A DNA stretch of 62,175 nucleotides, from assembly GCA_963817895.1 (NCBI GenBank), contig CAWFQB010000013.1:1-62175 (forward strand), read 5' to 3'. Under the pieces are notes generated by a model. It was not told the origin of the DNA and did no database searches. It saw nothing but the letters and a program-made list of their open reading frames with translations. A program made the position numbers and the translations under genes. The DNA is from an uncultured Chthonomonadaceae bacterium. Its GTDB lineage: Bacteria > Armatimonadota > Chthonomonadetes > Chthonomonadales > Chthonomonadaceae. Shown one piece after another: positions 20,304 to 31,505 of the stretch (its first letter is position 1; each line of letters opens with the position of its first letter).

Positions 20304-21688
20304 ATCATAGACAGCGCCCGCGCCAGTGCCGCGTCCTGCGCGATTGCGGTTGTGGGCATTACGGGTACGTCGGGTTCAATGCCGCGCGCTAAATCTACGC
20401 CATGCGCGGTAAACAGGTGCGCCGTTGTCAGTTCCACGCCCGCGCCGTTTTTCAGGAGGGCAAACAGTTGTAGTACATCGTCGCCGAAGGTATGCTGTCC
20501 CACCAGTCGCGCTTTGCCCGCGTCGCGCAGAGCGGATGCCGTCAGTTCCGCAAGATTGGCCGTGCCGCCGTCTATCAGCACAATAAGCGGCATTTTCAGC
20601 GTGGAAGGCGTGGGAGCTACGGTCAGGGTTTCGCGCTGTTTCGGCTTGCGCTCCAACCCGGCAATTGCGCCGCCGGGTGTCAGGCGGGCAATCAGTTGTT
20701 TCGCGGATGTATAGCCGTCTACGCCCGTGCGGGCTTCCGCCGTGACGCCGCCCGGATTCTGCCGCAGGTCTACAATCAGCCCTTTAATTCCCCCTGCCTG
20801 ATTCAGCGCGGTTTCAAACCCGTCCGTGGCTTTGCTGTTGAACTGCCGGATGCGCAGATACCCGATTTGTTTCCCGACAACTCTGTATTCTACAGGGTCA
20901 ACCTGCGTTCGCGCTGTGGTGATGGAAACTTTCAGGAGCGTAGGCTGTCCGGCGCGTTCCGCTGTCAGCGCGTAGGTTTTGCCTTCGCCGCTTTCCAGCC
21001 TGTCCAGTACGCGCGACAGGGGAATTCCCGCTTTGAACTTCTGCTCCACCTGCTGTATCTCGTCGTGGCGGGCCGCGTCGTTGGTGTTTTTTTCGTGGGC
21101 AATGCGGTCGGCGTCGGCGTAAATGGCGTAGTTGATGATCCAGTGGTTATCAATTTCGGTGATGTTGTCGCCGGAGCGCAGTCCCGCTTTTTCCGCCGGA
21201 CTGCCGGGCATCACATCCACAACCGTAAGATGGCTGTAATCCACATCGGCCTTTTTGCTGCGCGTCACGGCAAGGGCTGCGCCAATCCCCTCAAATTGTC
21301 CCTGCAACGCCGCCTGCCGCGTTTTTCTCCGGTCGGGCGTAAGCGCGTGGGTTTTGGGGTCGCCGAGCGAAGCGTACATCTGCGCAATGGCGCTGTTGTC
21401 CAGTTTGCCGGGGGGAAGGTCGTTGATTTCCACAAAGTTGCGCTGCACGTTGGACAGCGCCTCCTCAAACACTTCACCGGGCGGCACATCCGGGGCGTCT
21501 TCCGCAGAACGGAGGGGGTTGGCGGTGATACCGAGGGGCGTGGCGGCGCGTTTCCCGGCGGAAATGAGATGGTGCAGGAGGGGCGTGGAGGCGTTATTGG
21601 CTCCCAGTGTGCGCCCGACAAAAAACGCGCCGGAAACCACGCACACCAGCAGCAGCAGCGTCAAAGTTCGCTTCAAAGATAACGCCAC
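20300..21688 (-). CDS. S41-like paralog lacking the catalytic Ser/Lys
   Basis: GQFEGIG, PDZ (GSPAEKAGL) and DLRQNPGG retained; DGGTANLAE and TFGDD replace SASASE and TYGKG. GTG start with ggagg RBS. Confidence 0.85.
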   Translation of the reverse strand: MALSLKRTLTLLLLVCVVSGAFFVGRTLGANNASTPLLHHLISAGKRAATPLGITANPLRSAEDAPDVPPGEVFEEALSNVQRNFVEINDLPPGKLDNSAIAQMYASLGDPKTHALTPDRRKTRQAALQGQFEGIGAALAVTRSKKADVDYSHLTVVDVMPGSPAEKAGLRSGDNITEIDNHWIINYAIYADADRIAHEKNTNDAARHDEIQQVEQKFKAGIPLSRVLDRLESGEGKTYALTAERAGQPTLLKVSITTARTQVDPVEYRVVGKQIGYLRIRQFNSKATDGFETALNQAGGIKGLIVDLRQNPGGVTAEARTGVDGYTSAKQLIARLTPGGAIAGLERKPKQRETLTVAPTPSTLKMPLIVLIDGGTANLAELTASALRDAGKARLVGQHTFGDDVLQLFALLKNGAGVELTTAHLFTAHGVDLARGIEPDVPVMPTTAIAQDAALARALSMM

Positions 21689-21709
21689 GATGAGCCTCCG
21701 GGGAAGGCA

Positions 21710-21790
21710 GGAGATACGAGATACGAGATACAAGATACGAGGCAATGCTTCTCCTATCTCCTATCTCCTATCTCCTATCTCGTATCTTCC
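21710..21790. repeat. Inverted heptamer arrays (GAGATAC)n / (CTATCTC)n
   Basis: Arrays seen directly upstream of the S41-like start. Confidence 0.8.
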
Positions 21791-22037
21791 CAACCTCTGA
21801 AACAAAATGCAGCGACGGCATAGAACGCGCGTCGCTTGCAGGGAGAAGATGCGCGGCACAGGCGCATGAAATGATTGCGGAAGTGAATACAGGCAAAAAT
21901 AGATGCTTGCATTATACCAGAGGCGTCCCGTTGTGTCAAACAACAGGGCGATTTCTGGTACTTCTTTCTGAACAACACTCTAAAGACCTATTTCTATATG
22001 CGCCGTTCCCCGTATCTGCAATATCAGCCGGCCTGTT

Positions 22038-24908
22038 TCACGGGAAAACTGATTGGGCGCGGAAAGGGAAACCTCCTGCCGGTTGACGCGCACAGACGGC
22101 GTTGTTTTCAGGCCGCTGACCAGCATATAACAGGGTTCTGCTCGTCCAGCCATGTGCGACAAAAGAGATTTTATGCCCGGTTGCATTGCCCTGTAATCCA
22201 GCAGCCCGCAGCGTGGCGGTTTTCAAGCTGTTCGGGTCGGGCGCGTCTTTAACGGCCTGCCCGTTTTCGCGCGCGTTGTCAATTTCTCCCGGCGCGTGGA
22301 CGAACACGCCCGCGCTCCGAAACGCCCGAAAATCGTACAGCGCGGGACGGTCGTAATAGCGCAGGGCTTCCGTCAGCAGGGTTCCGGGGTTGATGGCCGG
22401 ATCGTTGCGCAATTGGGGGCGCAAGCGCGAAACTGTCGGGAAGCAAACCCTGCCGGGACGCATCCGTTCCACGCGGCCACGTCTGCTGAATGCCCGAAAC
22501 CGTAATGCCGTCCGCAATCTGCTTCCACGGGCCGGTCGGGATCGTATTTGACAAAGCGGTACAGCGCGTCCGCGTACACCAGCCCGCACCACTGCACGGG
22601 CAAGCCCATCCAATTGGGCGCAACCCACTGCGTCGCGCCATACACGGCAATCGTGGCATACGGGCCAACCGCCTGCCCGGTCGGGATTCCACAGATACAC
22701 GAACGGTACGCCCGTCCACGCCCAATACTTCGCCTGCGCCAGCATTAGCGGGTCGCCTGTAATCTCGTAGCCGAGCGTATACGCCCGTACCAGATATGCG
22801 GACGCCAGAATATCCGGCGTGTGCAGTGGCACTTCCCACGTTTGCGCGCCGCGCGGAACCGTACCCGCGAACCTGTCCAGACCCGTGCAGCTTTTCCAGC
22901 CCGGACGCAATCAATCGGCTGGTCGCCCGAAAACACGCCCGCCTGCAAAATCTCCGCGACAACCTGCGCGGTCAGGCCGTTGGCGTCCGGCGCAAATGCG
23001 TGGAACCTAAGATTGGAACCGGTCGCGGGCGGCTGCATACTTGACACTATTATTGGCGTCGAAACGTGTGAGCAAGTCCCTCGCCATACTGCTGGAATCG
23101 CGCCGCGTTGGTTTCCACGCTCCCGTAGACCAACGCGCCAACGGGAGTGCGCACGTGCCCGATCCCGGCAGAAACTCAGTTCCTGTTCGGCAACCTGCGC
23201 GCGGGCGGCATGGGCGCGTTCCCGCAAATGGGTTTGCTGCGCGCGGTCTCTCGTCTGCGTGGCAAGGTAGTCCAGCATCACGGCAACATCCGCTGCGGGC
23301 TGGCTGCCGAAACTCGGAACCGCATGGCGGTAGCGATCCCCGTCCGTAATGCTCGAATTCAGGAAGCCGGCAACCGCCAGATTCGCGTAGTCCGCCCATT
23401 TGTAGCCGGGTTTTGGCAGCGCGGGCAGGCCGCGCAGTTCCACATACTGCTGCACGGCCGCCGTCACATCGCGCCCCCTTCCGCCTAAAATCGTGGCGTT
23501 CAGCACGAGGGGTTTGTTCGCCATCAGTCGCCGGGGCTTGTACGGCAGCACATTGCCTTCTTCGCGGTTCGCGCCGTCCGAACCGGGCCACAACACGCCC
23601 ATCACCTGCCCGCCACTTCCGAATATTCGATCCGGCGAATCGAACAGAGCCGTAAACTCTTCGGGCTTTTCCCACAGTCAGGCCGATATAGTTCGTCCCG
23701 TTCGTCAGCGCCATCAGAGGAAAGGTGAGTTTCGCGGTGTCGGGCGTTTGCCGTCTGGCACCCGGCCCCCGAATATCCAGTTCGCTGCTGCTCGCCTCGT
23801 TCCGATCCAGATACTCCAGTCCGGCGAATAAAGCCTGAACTTTAGTTGGTGGTTGGTGGTTGAGTGGTTGGTGGTTGGTGAGCGACGAGCGGCGATTGCG
23901 CCTCTCCTTTCTCCTCTTCTCCTTTTCTCCTTTTCTCCTCTTCTTCCCCGCCTCCCTTAGCAGGAGGAACATGGGGAGGAAAACAACGTCGCGGTCTCTG
24001 TCGGTTTGAATGGTGGTCAGGACGCGGATCGCGCCCGAAGAGAGGGGACGAAACGCGCGGTGCAAAGACCACGTTGCGCCGTCGGGGTCGCGCAGGGTGG
24101 AGCGAACCACAATCTCTTCGCCATCTTTGGTGGCGGTGGCGGTCGCCATCGAAACCACGTCCAGCCAGCGTACCGTATCTTTAGGGCTGATATTCGCGTT
24201 GCCCTGCGCGCCGTTTTGAGCCTCGTTTCTGGAACCGGGGACAAGGTAGCCGATTTGTGGGCGCGTGTAGCCCGTCGCCAAAATCTGATCGCCCACTTTG
24301 ACGATAAATCCCCCCGGCTGATGATGCGCCTGTATCAGCTGCAGCAGGCCGGATTGGATAGACACCATATCATTGCCGAGCAGGGGCGGCGCAGGTCGCG
24401 GCCAGACGGGCGGCTGAAGCAGAACGCGGGGCGTGAACGCGAGGGAAGCAAGCAGGCACGTTCCGCCCGAACCCGGCGGATCGAAGCGCAACCGATAGCC
24501 CGCGCCGAGCGCGGGAAAGGGAATATCCAGCTCTTCCCACTGCCCGCCGCGTACAGGGAAGCGGACGGAATTGGCTTCCGTCGGGCCGGAAGAAGTGGGG
24601 AAATAGAATATTTGTCCGTTGCCCGACTGCTGTGATTTGAGACGGATGTGCAGCCAGAGCGGACTGTTGGCGGGATAATCGCGGGGCGGGCCGACAATGT
24701 AGGGATCGGGGCCGCTGATGGCGATTTGCAGCCCTTCGGCGGTGGGCAGCAGGCGTTCAACATCATGCAGCGCTGTCCATTCCGATGGGGCGGCAGGCCG
24801 CGTAAAGTCGAAGCGAGGCGGCATTTGCGCGCCTGTCACGGCCCCGGAGAGAAGCGCCCATACTATCAACCCTGCCCGGACGATAATACCTGCATTCTTT
24901 CGCGCCAA
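22038..24908 (-). CDS. Large secreted hypothetical protein (several frameshifts)
   Basis: Signal peptide and consecutive overlapping minus-strand ORFs: QALFAGLEYL, VPRGAQTWEVPLHTPDILASA, WMGLPVQWCGLVYA. Confidence 0.7.
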
Positions 24909-25266
24909 TACACGTTTTCCTTTCCAGTGTCAAAATGGCTCATATCTGTACCCATTTTCGCTCCGCATTTCAGACCGCTGCATTGGGGCAAACGACATTG
25001 CGTTGCCCCTGTAACAGCAATGTCAGGTTTGCCGGTTGAGTATTGCTGCGGATGACATTGGATACGGTTTTCTGCGCCAACAGTTCGTCAGATTTCGCCT
25101 TCTTCGGATTGGAAATATCAGGTTCATGCCGCTTGCCTCCCATTATAATACGGGGTTCATTGGATTTGAATGTCGTGGCCCTGCGCGGCGTTGGGGAAGC
25201 GGAGGAGGGTTTGCGTGTTCGCGTCCCATTGCCGCGCGTGGTCGGGAAGCGGATTACCGTTGAAGC

Positions 25267-25626
25267 GTGACGATCAAATTCCTCGAAGCGGCCCGTGATG
25301 ACTTGCGTGAAGCGGTTCGCTACTATCATGCGCAACGTCCCGGCCTGGGAAAGGAACTGCGCGCGGAAGTTCGCGCTACGGTAGAACATATTCGGAATTT
25401 CCCGCGCGCATAGCAGCCCCTGAGTGAAAACACGCGGCGATATTTGCTGCAAAAAATTCCGTATGGCGTGATCTATCAGGTTCTCGATCAAGAGATTTTG
25501 ATTGTAGCCATAGCGCATCTGCACCGATCAGCGTTTCTGCCTGTAATGTCCACCAGCCACATACCGCCTCCAACCCGCCATTACAAAGCCTCTCTTCATT
25601 ACGCCATAGCCGTTGTGGATCGCTGA
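25267..25626 (+). pseudogene. RelE/ParE-family toxin with in-frame TAG at 25411
   Basis: MTIKFLEAARDDLREAVRYY...PGLG.E...FPRA*QPL..NTRRYLLQKIPYGVIY...ILIVAIAHLHR read in one frame from GTG 25267. Confidence 0.8.
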
Positions 25627-25820
25627 AAGAGGCGCAAGGCACGCGAAAGCGTTGTTACTCTTGAGGCTGTTGCTCGAACTCCGCCACACGCTTTTTCAAC
25701 GCCTCATTCTCCCGCGTTAATGCCGCTATATGAGCGTTTTTATCGCTTTCTGATGGCACAGGCGCAGCCGACAGGTTTCGTTCGGAACGTGCTAAACATC
25801 AATTTCTCAGCGCCGTATCT

Positions 25821-27453
25821 TTATTCTGCGCGTCGGCGGGCGGCAGGAGGGTGCGGCTTTCCGATGCAATCAGACGCGCGTACCGCTCTTTCAGTCCGGC
25901 CTCGTGGCCTTCGTTCAGGCGGTGGGCGAGAATCACGCTTTTTGCCAGCCGCACAAAGCGGATGACCTGTGAACCGGCGATCTCCTGCCGCCTCCATATT
26001 GCGTTCCGCTTTATCCACTGCGGCGTCCGCTTCCAGCAGGTCTTTCCATTTGCCCTGGTCGGCTTCCCGCGTCAACTGCGCGATGGCGGCCTGTCGCGCT
26101 TCCGCGACGCGCGGCGGGGTCGGAGAGTTTCAGATTCGGGAATTGGCGCAGCAGCATGGATTTGTTGTCGCTTTGAATGGCGCGGAAACGTTCGCGGGCC
26201 GCTCGATAATCGCCCATCTGCCGCCGGTTCTGTCCGGCCTGATTGAGCGTGGCGTTAAACTGCGCATATGCCGCGCTCAGACGGCTGTTGCCGCCGAGTC
26301 TGAGTTTTTCGGAAAGCGCGTCCAGAGCGGCGCGTTGAGGAATACTGGCCCATTGGCGCGTATCCCGGTACGATGTTTGGAACAGTTCCTGTTCCTGAGC
26401 AGGCGTGACCGGCACGAACTTGCGCAAAAACACATCTGAAGTGCAGACCGGGGCGTCAATGCTGTCGTCGTGAATCAGCGTATAGCAGTACGCCTCGTCC
26501 ATGCCCACGCGCCCGTCGCCGTTGTAGTCCGCGCCGGTTACGGCGCGTCCGGTTCGGTCCCGCCCGGTCAGCGCGGCAAAAAAGAAACTGGTAAAATCGC
26601 GGTACTCGGCCTCGTTGACCGCCGATGTGCAGCCTGCCGCCACGCGGTTGGGAACGGTCGCGAAAAATCCGCAAATGTCGCGCTTTGCCAGATCGCCTTT
26701 CGGGTCGCCGTTATCGAAAATCAGGTTCGCGAACGCGCCGGAAAAACACTGCACCATCACAAGGGTCACGGGAACGTCGTTGGGCAGGCGCGCGATTTGA
26801 TGGGAAAGGTCGCGCACGGTCAGCGCGGCGCGTCCGTTCGGCTGCGCGTTGCGGCCCTCTTCCCACAGATCGTACATGTTGTTGTCGTAGTTCTGCCGCC
26901 CCGGACTGCCATGCCCTGTGAAATACAGCAGCAGTTGATGCCCGCCCGGGTCCGCGCTCTCCGTTTGCGCCAACTGCCCGAACACGCGATTGATGTCCTC
27001 CTGCCGGGACGCGCCATCCAGTTTCGCGCCGAGATTGGGCTTGCGATAGCGCAGGCCGCTCTCGTCGCTGCTGTTGGGGTTGATAAGGTTGAAAAGCTGT
27101 TCGCCAATAGGCTGCGCGCGTAAATCGTCGTCGTACAGCACCGTCGCGTGGTTGGCGTCCCCGTCCGCGAACAGGGTTGTGCGCGGCGTGTTGGCGGGAA
27201 GCAGTTTGCCCACATAGCGCACGTTGCTTTCAATCGCCACCTGATTGTTGAGCAGGTTCGGCCCGCCGCCCACAATCAGAACGCGCAGGGGCAAATCTCC
27301 CCCGGGCGCATGGGCGCGGGTGGCAAGCGGCAGCCACAACAGCGCGGACGCGCCGACAAGGGCAGACAAACGCGCCCCGCGCCGGGAACGGGAATGAGGA
27401 CGATGCAGCCGCGCCATGCAGCGCGAAATCAGAGACAGCGACGACAAGGACAT
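25821..27453 (-). CDS. Secreted clan-CD (caspase/legumain-like) peptidase, frameshift near C-terminus
   Basis: LLLYFTGHG and VMVQCFSGAF His/Cys dyad motifs; DYNGDG. Confidence 0.7.
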
Positions 27454-27469
27454 AAGGCTGGCCTTTCAG

Positions 27470-27630
27470 AAATCAGGTGTTCAGGTTGTCAGGTATTCAG
27501 GTATTCAGGTGTTCAGGAGTCGTCGCAGAAACCGCGTCCCGTTGCCGTAGTAATTGAATATGGTTATAGACGCATTAACCGGGAGTTTGTTGTCATCAAT
27601 CTTCATCCTTCATCCCTCATCCTTCATCAT
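27470..27630. repeat. Short tandem arrays (TCAGGTRT)n and (CTTCATC)n
   Basis: 27472-27517 and 27601-27628. Confidence 0.75.
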
Positions 27631-28715
27631 TTGCTGGTGGCTGTGGTCAAATCCGCGCCGGAATGGGAGCGATCTTCCGCCGCCTGCGCTCCGTGCCGCA
27701 TAAACTCGTAGTCGGCGGCGACTTCCGCGCCGAGCAACATGATCGCCATTGTGTAGTACATCCAGACAACCAGAATCACGATGCTGCTCAGGGAGCCGTA
27801 AAGGATCGCGTAGCCCTGCGAGTGGAGCAGATAGTAACCGAAACCCAGTTTGGTAAGCTGCCAGAACAGAGCGGCTACGCCCGCGCCCAAAAACGCGGAT
27901 TTCCATGGAACACGGCGGTTGGGAAGTATCTGGTACAACACGGCGAACAGGACAGTGGTAATCAGCAGGGGCAATAGTCCGGCAGCGGCTTTCAGCATGG
28001 TAGCCTGCGCCGCGCTGTTGAGCCAGTGGCCGCTGTAGTTGGCGACGTATGTTACCAGCGCGGAAGCGGCCAGGTCCGCCGACAGCAGCGTCAGGGTGAA
28101 AAACGTTGCGCCAAGCGCAATCATGCGCTGCTTGAACCAGTGGCGCGTTTCCGGCACGACCCAGATGATGTTCATTCCCGGCTGCATGGCAAGGAACGTC
28201 TGGTGCGCCCCGAAAATCAGAAACGTCAGCCCGAAGAATCCTATCACGCGCCGGTTTGCCAGCACGGTCATCAACTGGTCATGCAGAAAATCGAATTTAA
28301 CCGGCACGTAGGACTGAATGGCGTAAATAGTCTGTTTCAGCGCGTTTTCGCGCCCGCCGAGGAAAAATCCCAGTATGGCGACGCCGACAATCAGCAGGGG
28401 GACAAGGGAAAGGACGGCGCAGTACGCGCACGAACACGCCATCAGGCTGCACTGATGCGTGGCGTAAGCGTCCGAAAGGCGACGCAGATAGCGCACGACG
28501 CGCAGGCTCTGGTGTTTAGGCCTGGCCTGTAATGGGTCGGTATGCTCGATGAATTTCTGCACATGATGGATCAGTTTGGGCCGTGACCGCGTTTTTCGCT
28601 GCGTCTGCGGGGCGTGTTCCGGCGATGTTACAGTTTCCCCCTGCGTAGCGGCAACTTCCCCGCCAGTTTCAATTTCCTGAGCGTTTACAGATTGTTCGAA
28701 CGGTTGCATTTTCAT
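27627..28715 (-). CDS. YihY/virulence factor BrkB family membrane protein
   Basis: LSLVPLL, LYQILPN, YGSLSSIVILVVWMY..MIMLLGAE. Confidence 0.9.
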   Translation of the reverse strand: MKMQPFEQSVNAQEIETGGEVAATQGETVTSPEHAPQTQRKTRSRPKLIHHVQKFIEHTDPLQARPKHQSLRVVRYLRRLSDAYATHQCSLMACSCAYCAVLSLVPLLIVGVAILGFFLGGRENALKQTIYAIQSYVPVKFDFLHDQLMTVLANRRVIGFFGLTFLIFGAHQTFLAMQPGMNIIWVVPETRHWFKQRMIALGATFFTLTLLSADLAASALVTYVANYSGHWLNSAAQATMLKAAAGLLPLLITTVLFAVLYQILPNRRVPWKSAFLGAGVAALFWQLTKLGFGYYLLHSQGYAILYGSLSSIVILVVWMYYTMAIMLLGAEVAADYEFMRHGAQAAEDRSHSGADLTTATSK

Positions 28716-28914
28716 CAGCGCGGACAGTGGCCTCCTCCACACACGACGTATCAAAACGTATTTTAGTGCCGGAAAATAAACGTTGGGAAGATCAAACGAA
28801 ACTGCCGTCAAGTGTTGTCTTTTCATCCTGCTTGCGGTACAATGCAGGGTGACACGTTTTATTATTTCGTAACACGCGGCCATGCCGCCGGATGTATCCT
28901 GGAAGGAATTCTCC

Positions 28915-29637
28915 ATGCCGTTAGATTCTAAACATCGTGGCTTTACGCTGATTGAACTGCTCGTCGTGATCGCCATTATCGCGATTCTCGCGGCGATCCT
29001 GTTTCCCGTATTTGCCCAGGCGCGCGAAAAGGCGCGGCAAACCGCCTGTCTGTCCAACACGCGACAGATCGGAATGGGCTTCGCGCAATACGTTCAGGAC
29101 TATGACGAATGTTTCCCGCTGGCCTCTTACGACGGCATTGCGCTGTCATGGGTCAATACCATGCAGCCTTACATCAAGAATCGGCAGATTTTGCGCTGTC
29201 CCGATGACCAGAGCCAGAACTGGAACACGCCGCTTGCCGGCCCCACGATGGAGCAGCAGGGTTTGCGCCTTTCGTCCTACTTCCTGAACCTCTGGCTGGA
29301 GGGCGAACAGAAATACGGGAATCTGGCCGCAATTCAGAGTCCGGCGTCGGTGATCTACGTCAGCGAAAGCAAAGAGAACCTGACGCGCGACCACTTTCAC
29401 CCTCCCTACTGGGTGACAAACGACCCTGAAGTTGACGCCATGATGATCGGCATGATGCATACGATGGTATGGGATGACTCGCTTACGCAGACAAAGGAAC
29501 TGGCTTTTCTGCGGCATAACGGGGGCATGAACAACGCCTACGCCGATGGACACGCCAAATGGGGCAAGTGGACGCAATTATGGTTTCAGGATACGGCCCA
29601 CCACATCTATGAGGGCGCTTTCGACCCCCGCCAGTAA
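28915..29637 (+). CDS. Prepilin-type N-terminal cleavage / DUF1559 / H-X9-DG protein 1
   Basis: [33 protein letters not shown]...CLSN...YVQDYDE...[16 protein letters not shown]. Confidence 0.9.
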   Translation: MPLDSKHRGFTLIELLVVIAIIAILAAILFPVFAQAREKARQTACLSNTRQIGMGFAQYVQDYDECFPLASYDGIALSWVNTMQPYIKNRQILRCPDDQSQNWNTPLAGPTMEQQGLRLSSYFLNLWLEGEQKYGNLAAIQSPASVIYVSESKENLTRDHFHPPYWVTNDPEVDAMMIGMMHTMVWDDSLTQTKELAFLRHNGGMNNAYADGHAKWGKWTQLWFQDTAHHIYEGAFDPRQ

Positions 29638-29652
29638 TTCAAAGGCGTCTCT

Positions 29653-29730
29653 ATGAACTGCAAAGGCTTTACACTTATCGAGATGCTCGTCGTGTCGCAT
29701 CGTCTGTTGGCAATAGTTCCTGCCTCCTGA
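29653..29730 (+). pseudogene. 25-codon prepilin leader remnant
   Basis: MNCKGFTLIEMLVVSHRLLAIVPAS*. Confidence 0.6.
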
Positions 29731-29769
29731 CGCAGGCGTCATATCCGCACAACGACCAAGGAGTAACCC

Positions 29770-30936
29770 ATGACAACCTCGGCGCGTAAACGCTTGCCAG
29801 GCCGCACACGTTCCTGGCGACGTTTTCTCTGGCCTGCGCTGCTGATTCTGGTCAACGGCGTGGGTTTCTGGGCGGTTGCCTGCTATGTGTTGGGCAATCA
29901 GCCGGTTTCCCTGCTGGAATCAGGCCGCCCGGCTCCTGCGTTCGCGCTTGCAGATCAAGACGGTCGGACGCACAATTTGCGGGATTACCAGGGCCGGCCC
30001 CTGATCCTGGCCTACTTTCCCGAACTCACCCCGGCGGTGGAGCAGGAGTTGTGTTCCCTGCGCGACGCCATGCCCGAACTGGACAAAGCCAGCGCCAAAG
30101 TGTTCGCTCTCTGTCCAGTGTCGCCCCGGACCAGCAAAACCTTCCATGATCGGGAGCATCTGAACTTCCCGATTCTCTTCGACCAGGAGGGAAAGGTGGC
30201 GCAGCAGTACGGGGCATTGGCAATGGATCATCACATCAAGCACGCCTCGTTTGTGGTGGATGGGCAGGGGGCGGTGATGCTGGCGTTGCCCGAAGACCAG
30301 ATTGACGTGAAGCGGCACGGCAGCCAACTGCTGCGCATGGCGTCCTGCTGTCTGATTCCCATGCCTGCCGCCTTCAAAGCCGCTATCGACAAACCCGTGC
30401 CGAACTTTGCGCTGCCCCGCGTGGACACGGGCCGTAAGGAGGTTTTGCTGCTCGACAAGCCCTCCACAGCGACGGTCGCGCTGTTTCTGTCCAGCAAATG
30501 CCCCTGCTCTCAGGGCTACGATGCGCGGATGAAGGCGCTGGCACAAACCTACCTGCCGAAAGGCATACGGTTTCTCGGCATCAACGCCAGCGCGGATGAA
30601 ACGGCAGCCGAGGCGTACGCCCACCAGCGGCGCGCAGGATTGCCGTTCCCGATTGTCAAAGACACAGACAATGTCGTTGCCGACCGGATGAACGCGCGCA
30701 TCACGCCGGAAGTGTTCGTGGTGGACGCCAGGGGTATCCTGCGCTACCACGGGCGCATAGACGACGACCGTTCCGGCGCGCATGTGGAGGAACGCACACT
30801 ACAGAAAGCTCTGGACGCGCTGATTGCGGGGCAAGCGCCGCCGCGCGACGAGGCAAGTTCGCTGGGCTGCGCCATTGCGCGCCGCCAGAACACAACACTG
30901 ACCAATACAACGACCAATACACCCGCTGTCAACTGA
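29770..30936 (+). CDS. Membrane-anchored tandem redoxin (AhpC/TSA-like x2) protein
   Basis: APAFALADQDG...LRDYQG, YFP..TPAVEQELCSLRD; second domain CPCS, TPEVFV, YHGRIDD, GCAI. Confidence 0.8.
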   Translation: MTTSARKRLPGRTRSWRRFLWPALLILVNGVGFWAVACYVLGNQPVSLLESGRPAPAFALADQDGRTHNLRDYQGRPLILAYFPELTPAVEQELCSLRDAMPELDKASAKVFALCPVSPRTSKTFHDREHLNFPILFDQEGKVAQQYGALAMDHHIKHASFVVDGQGAVMLALPEDQIDVKRHGSQLLRMASCCLIPMPAAFKAAIDKPVPNFALPRVDTGRKEVLLLDKPSTATVALFLSSKCPCSQGYDARMKALAQTYLPKGIRFLGINASADETAAEAYAHQRRAGLPFPIVKDTDNVVADRMNARITPEVFVVDARGILRYHGRIDDDRSGAHVEERTLQKALDALIAGQAPPRDEASSLGCAIARRQNTTLTNTTTNTPAVN

Positions 30937-31004
30937 CCGGCAGCAGATAACATCAACGCTCACCAGCAAGAACCATCTTGCGGAGCAACTTCAGGAGAAA
31001 CACA

Positions 31005-31439
31005 ATGAAATCGTTTTTTACTTTCCGCACCCTCCGTGTGACCACTGCCACCCTCACTCTCTGCCTGTTGTCAGGCAGCAGGCTCCTGGCGCATCCGGGG
31101 CATCAGCACACCAGAACGAGCCAGCCTGCTCAGGCAGGGCAGAAGGCCGCAACGGGCAAGATGCTGACCCTGCGGCTTTCCGGGCTGCACTGTGAAGGCT
31201 GCGCCGGTTCCGTGCAGGCGCAATTGCTCAAGGTTCCCGGCGTGCAGGCCACCGTTGTCAGCCAGAAAACGCAGACGGCGCTGGTGACATGCGGCAAGCA
31301 GACGCCCACCGACGCCACTCTCAAAGCGGCGGTAAAGAGCGCGGGCTACCAGGTCGTCAAGATCGAAGCGGGCAAGCCTGCCGTCCCTGTTCAGAAGAAC
31401 CAAAACACGGCGGTTAAAAAAACGGTCATTAAAGGCTGA
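31005..31439 (+). CDS. Exported heavy-metal-associated (HMA) domain protein
   Basis: Signal peptide, HPGHQH, GLHCEGCA...VPGV...AGY. Confidence 0.85.
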   Translation: MKSFFTFRTLRVTTATLTLCLLSGSRLLAHPGHQHTRTSQPAQAGQKAATGKMLTLRLSGLHCEGCAGSVQAQLLKVPGVQATVVSQKTQTALVTCGKQTPTDATLKAAVKSAGYQVVKIEAGKPAVPVQKNQNTAVKKTVIKG

Positions 31440-31505
31440 TTTTCGGCGACGCCAGGCTGTTCAGGGACAAAAGTGTGTGGCCCTGAACAGCCGAAAGGAA
31501 ACCAC

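Noticed and set aside
27627..29060. Extended N-termini in the ORF track (YihY from 29060; also DUF1559-3 from 33127, S41-like from 21745, rdgB from 34853)
   Set aside because: Extensions overlap other genes or repeats; better RBS-supported starts lie downstream.
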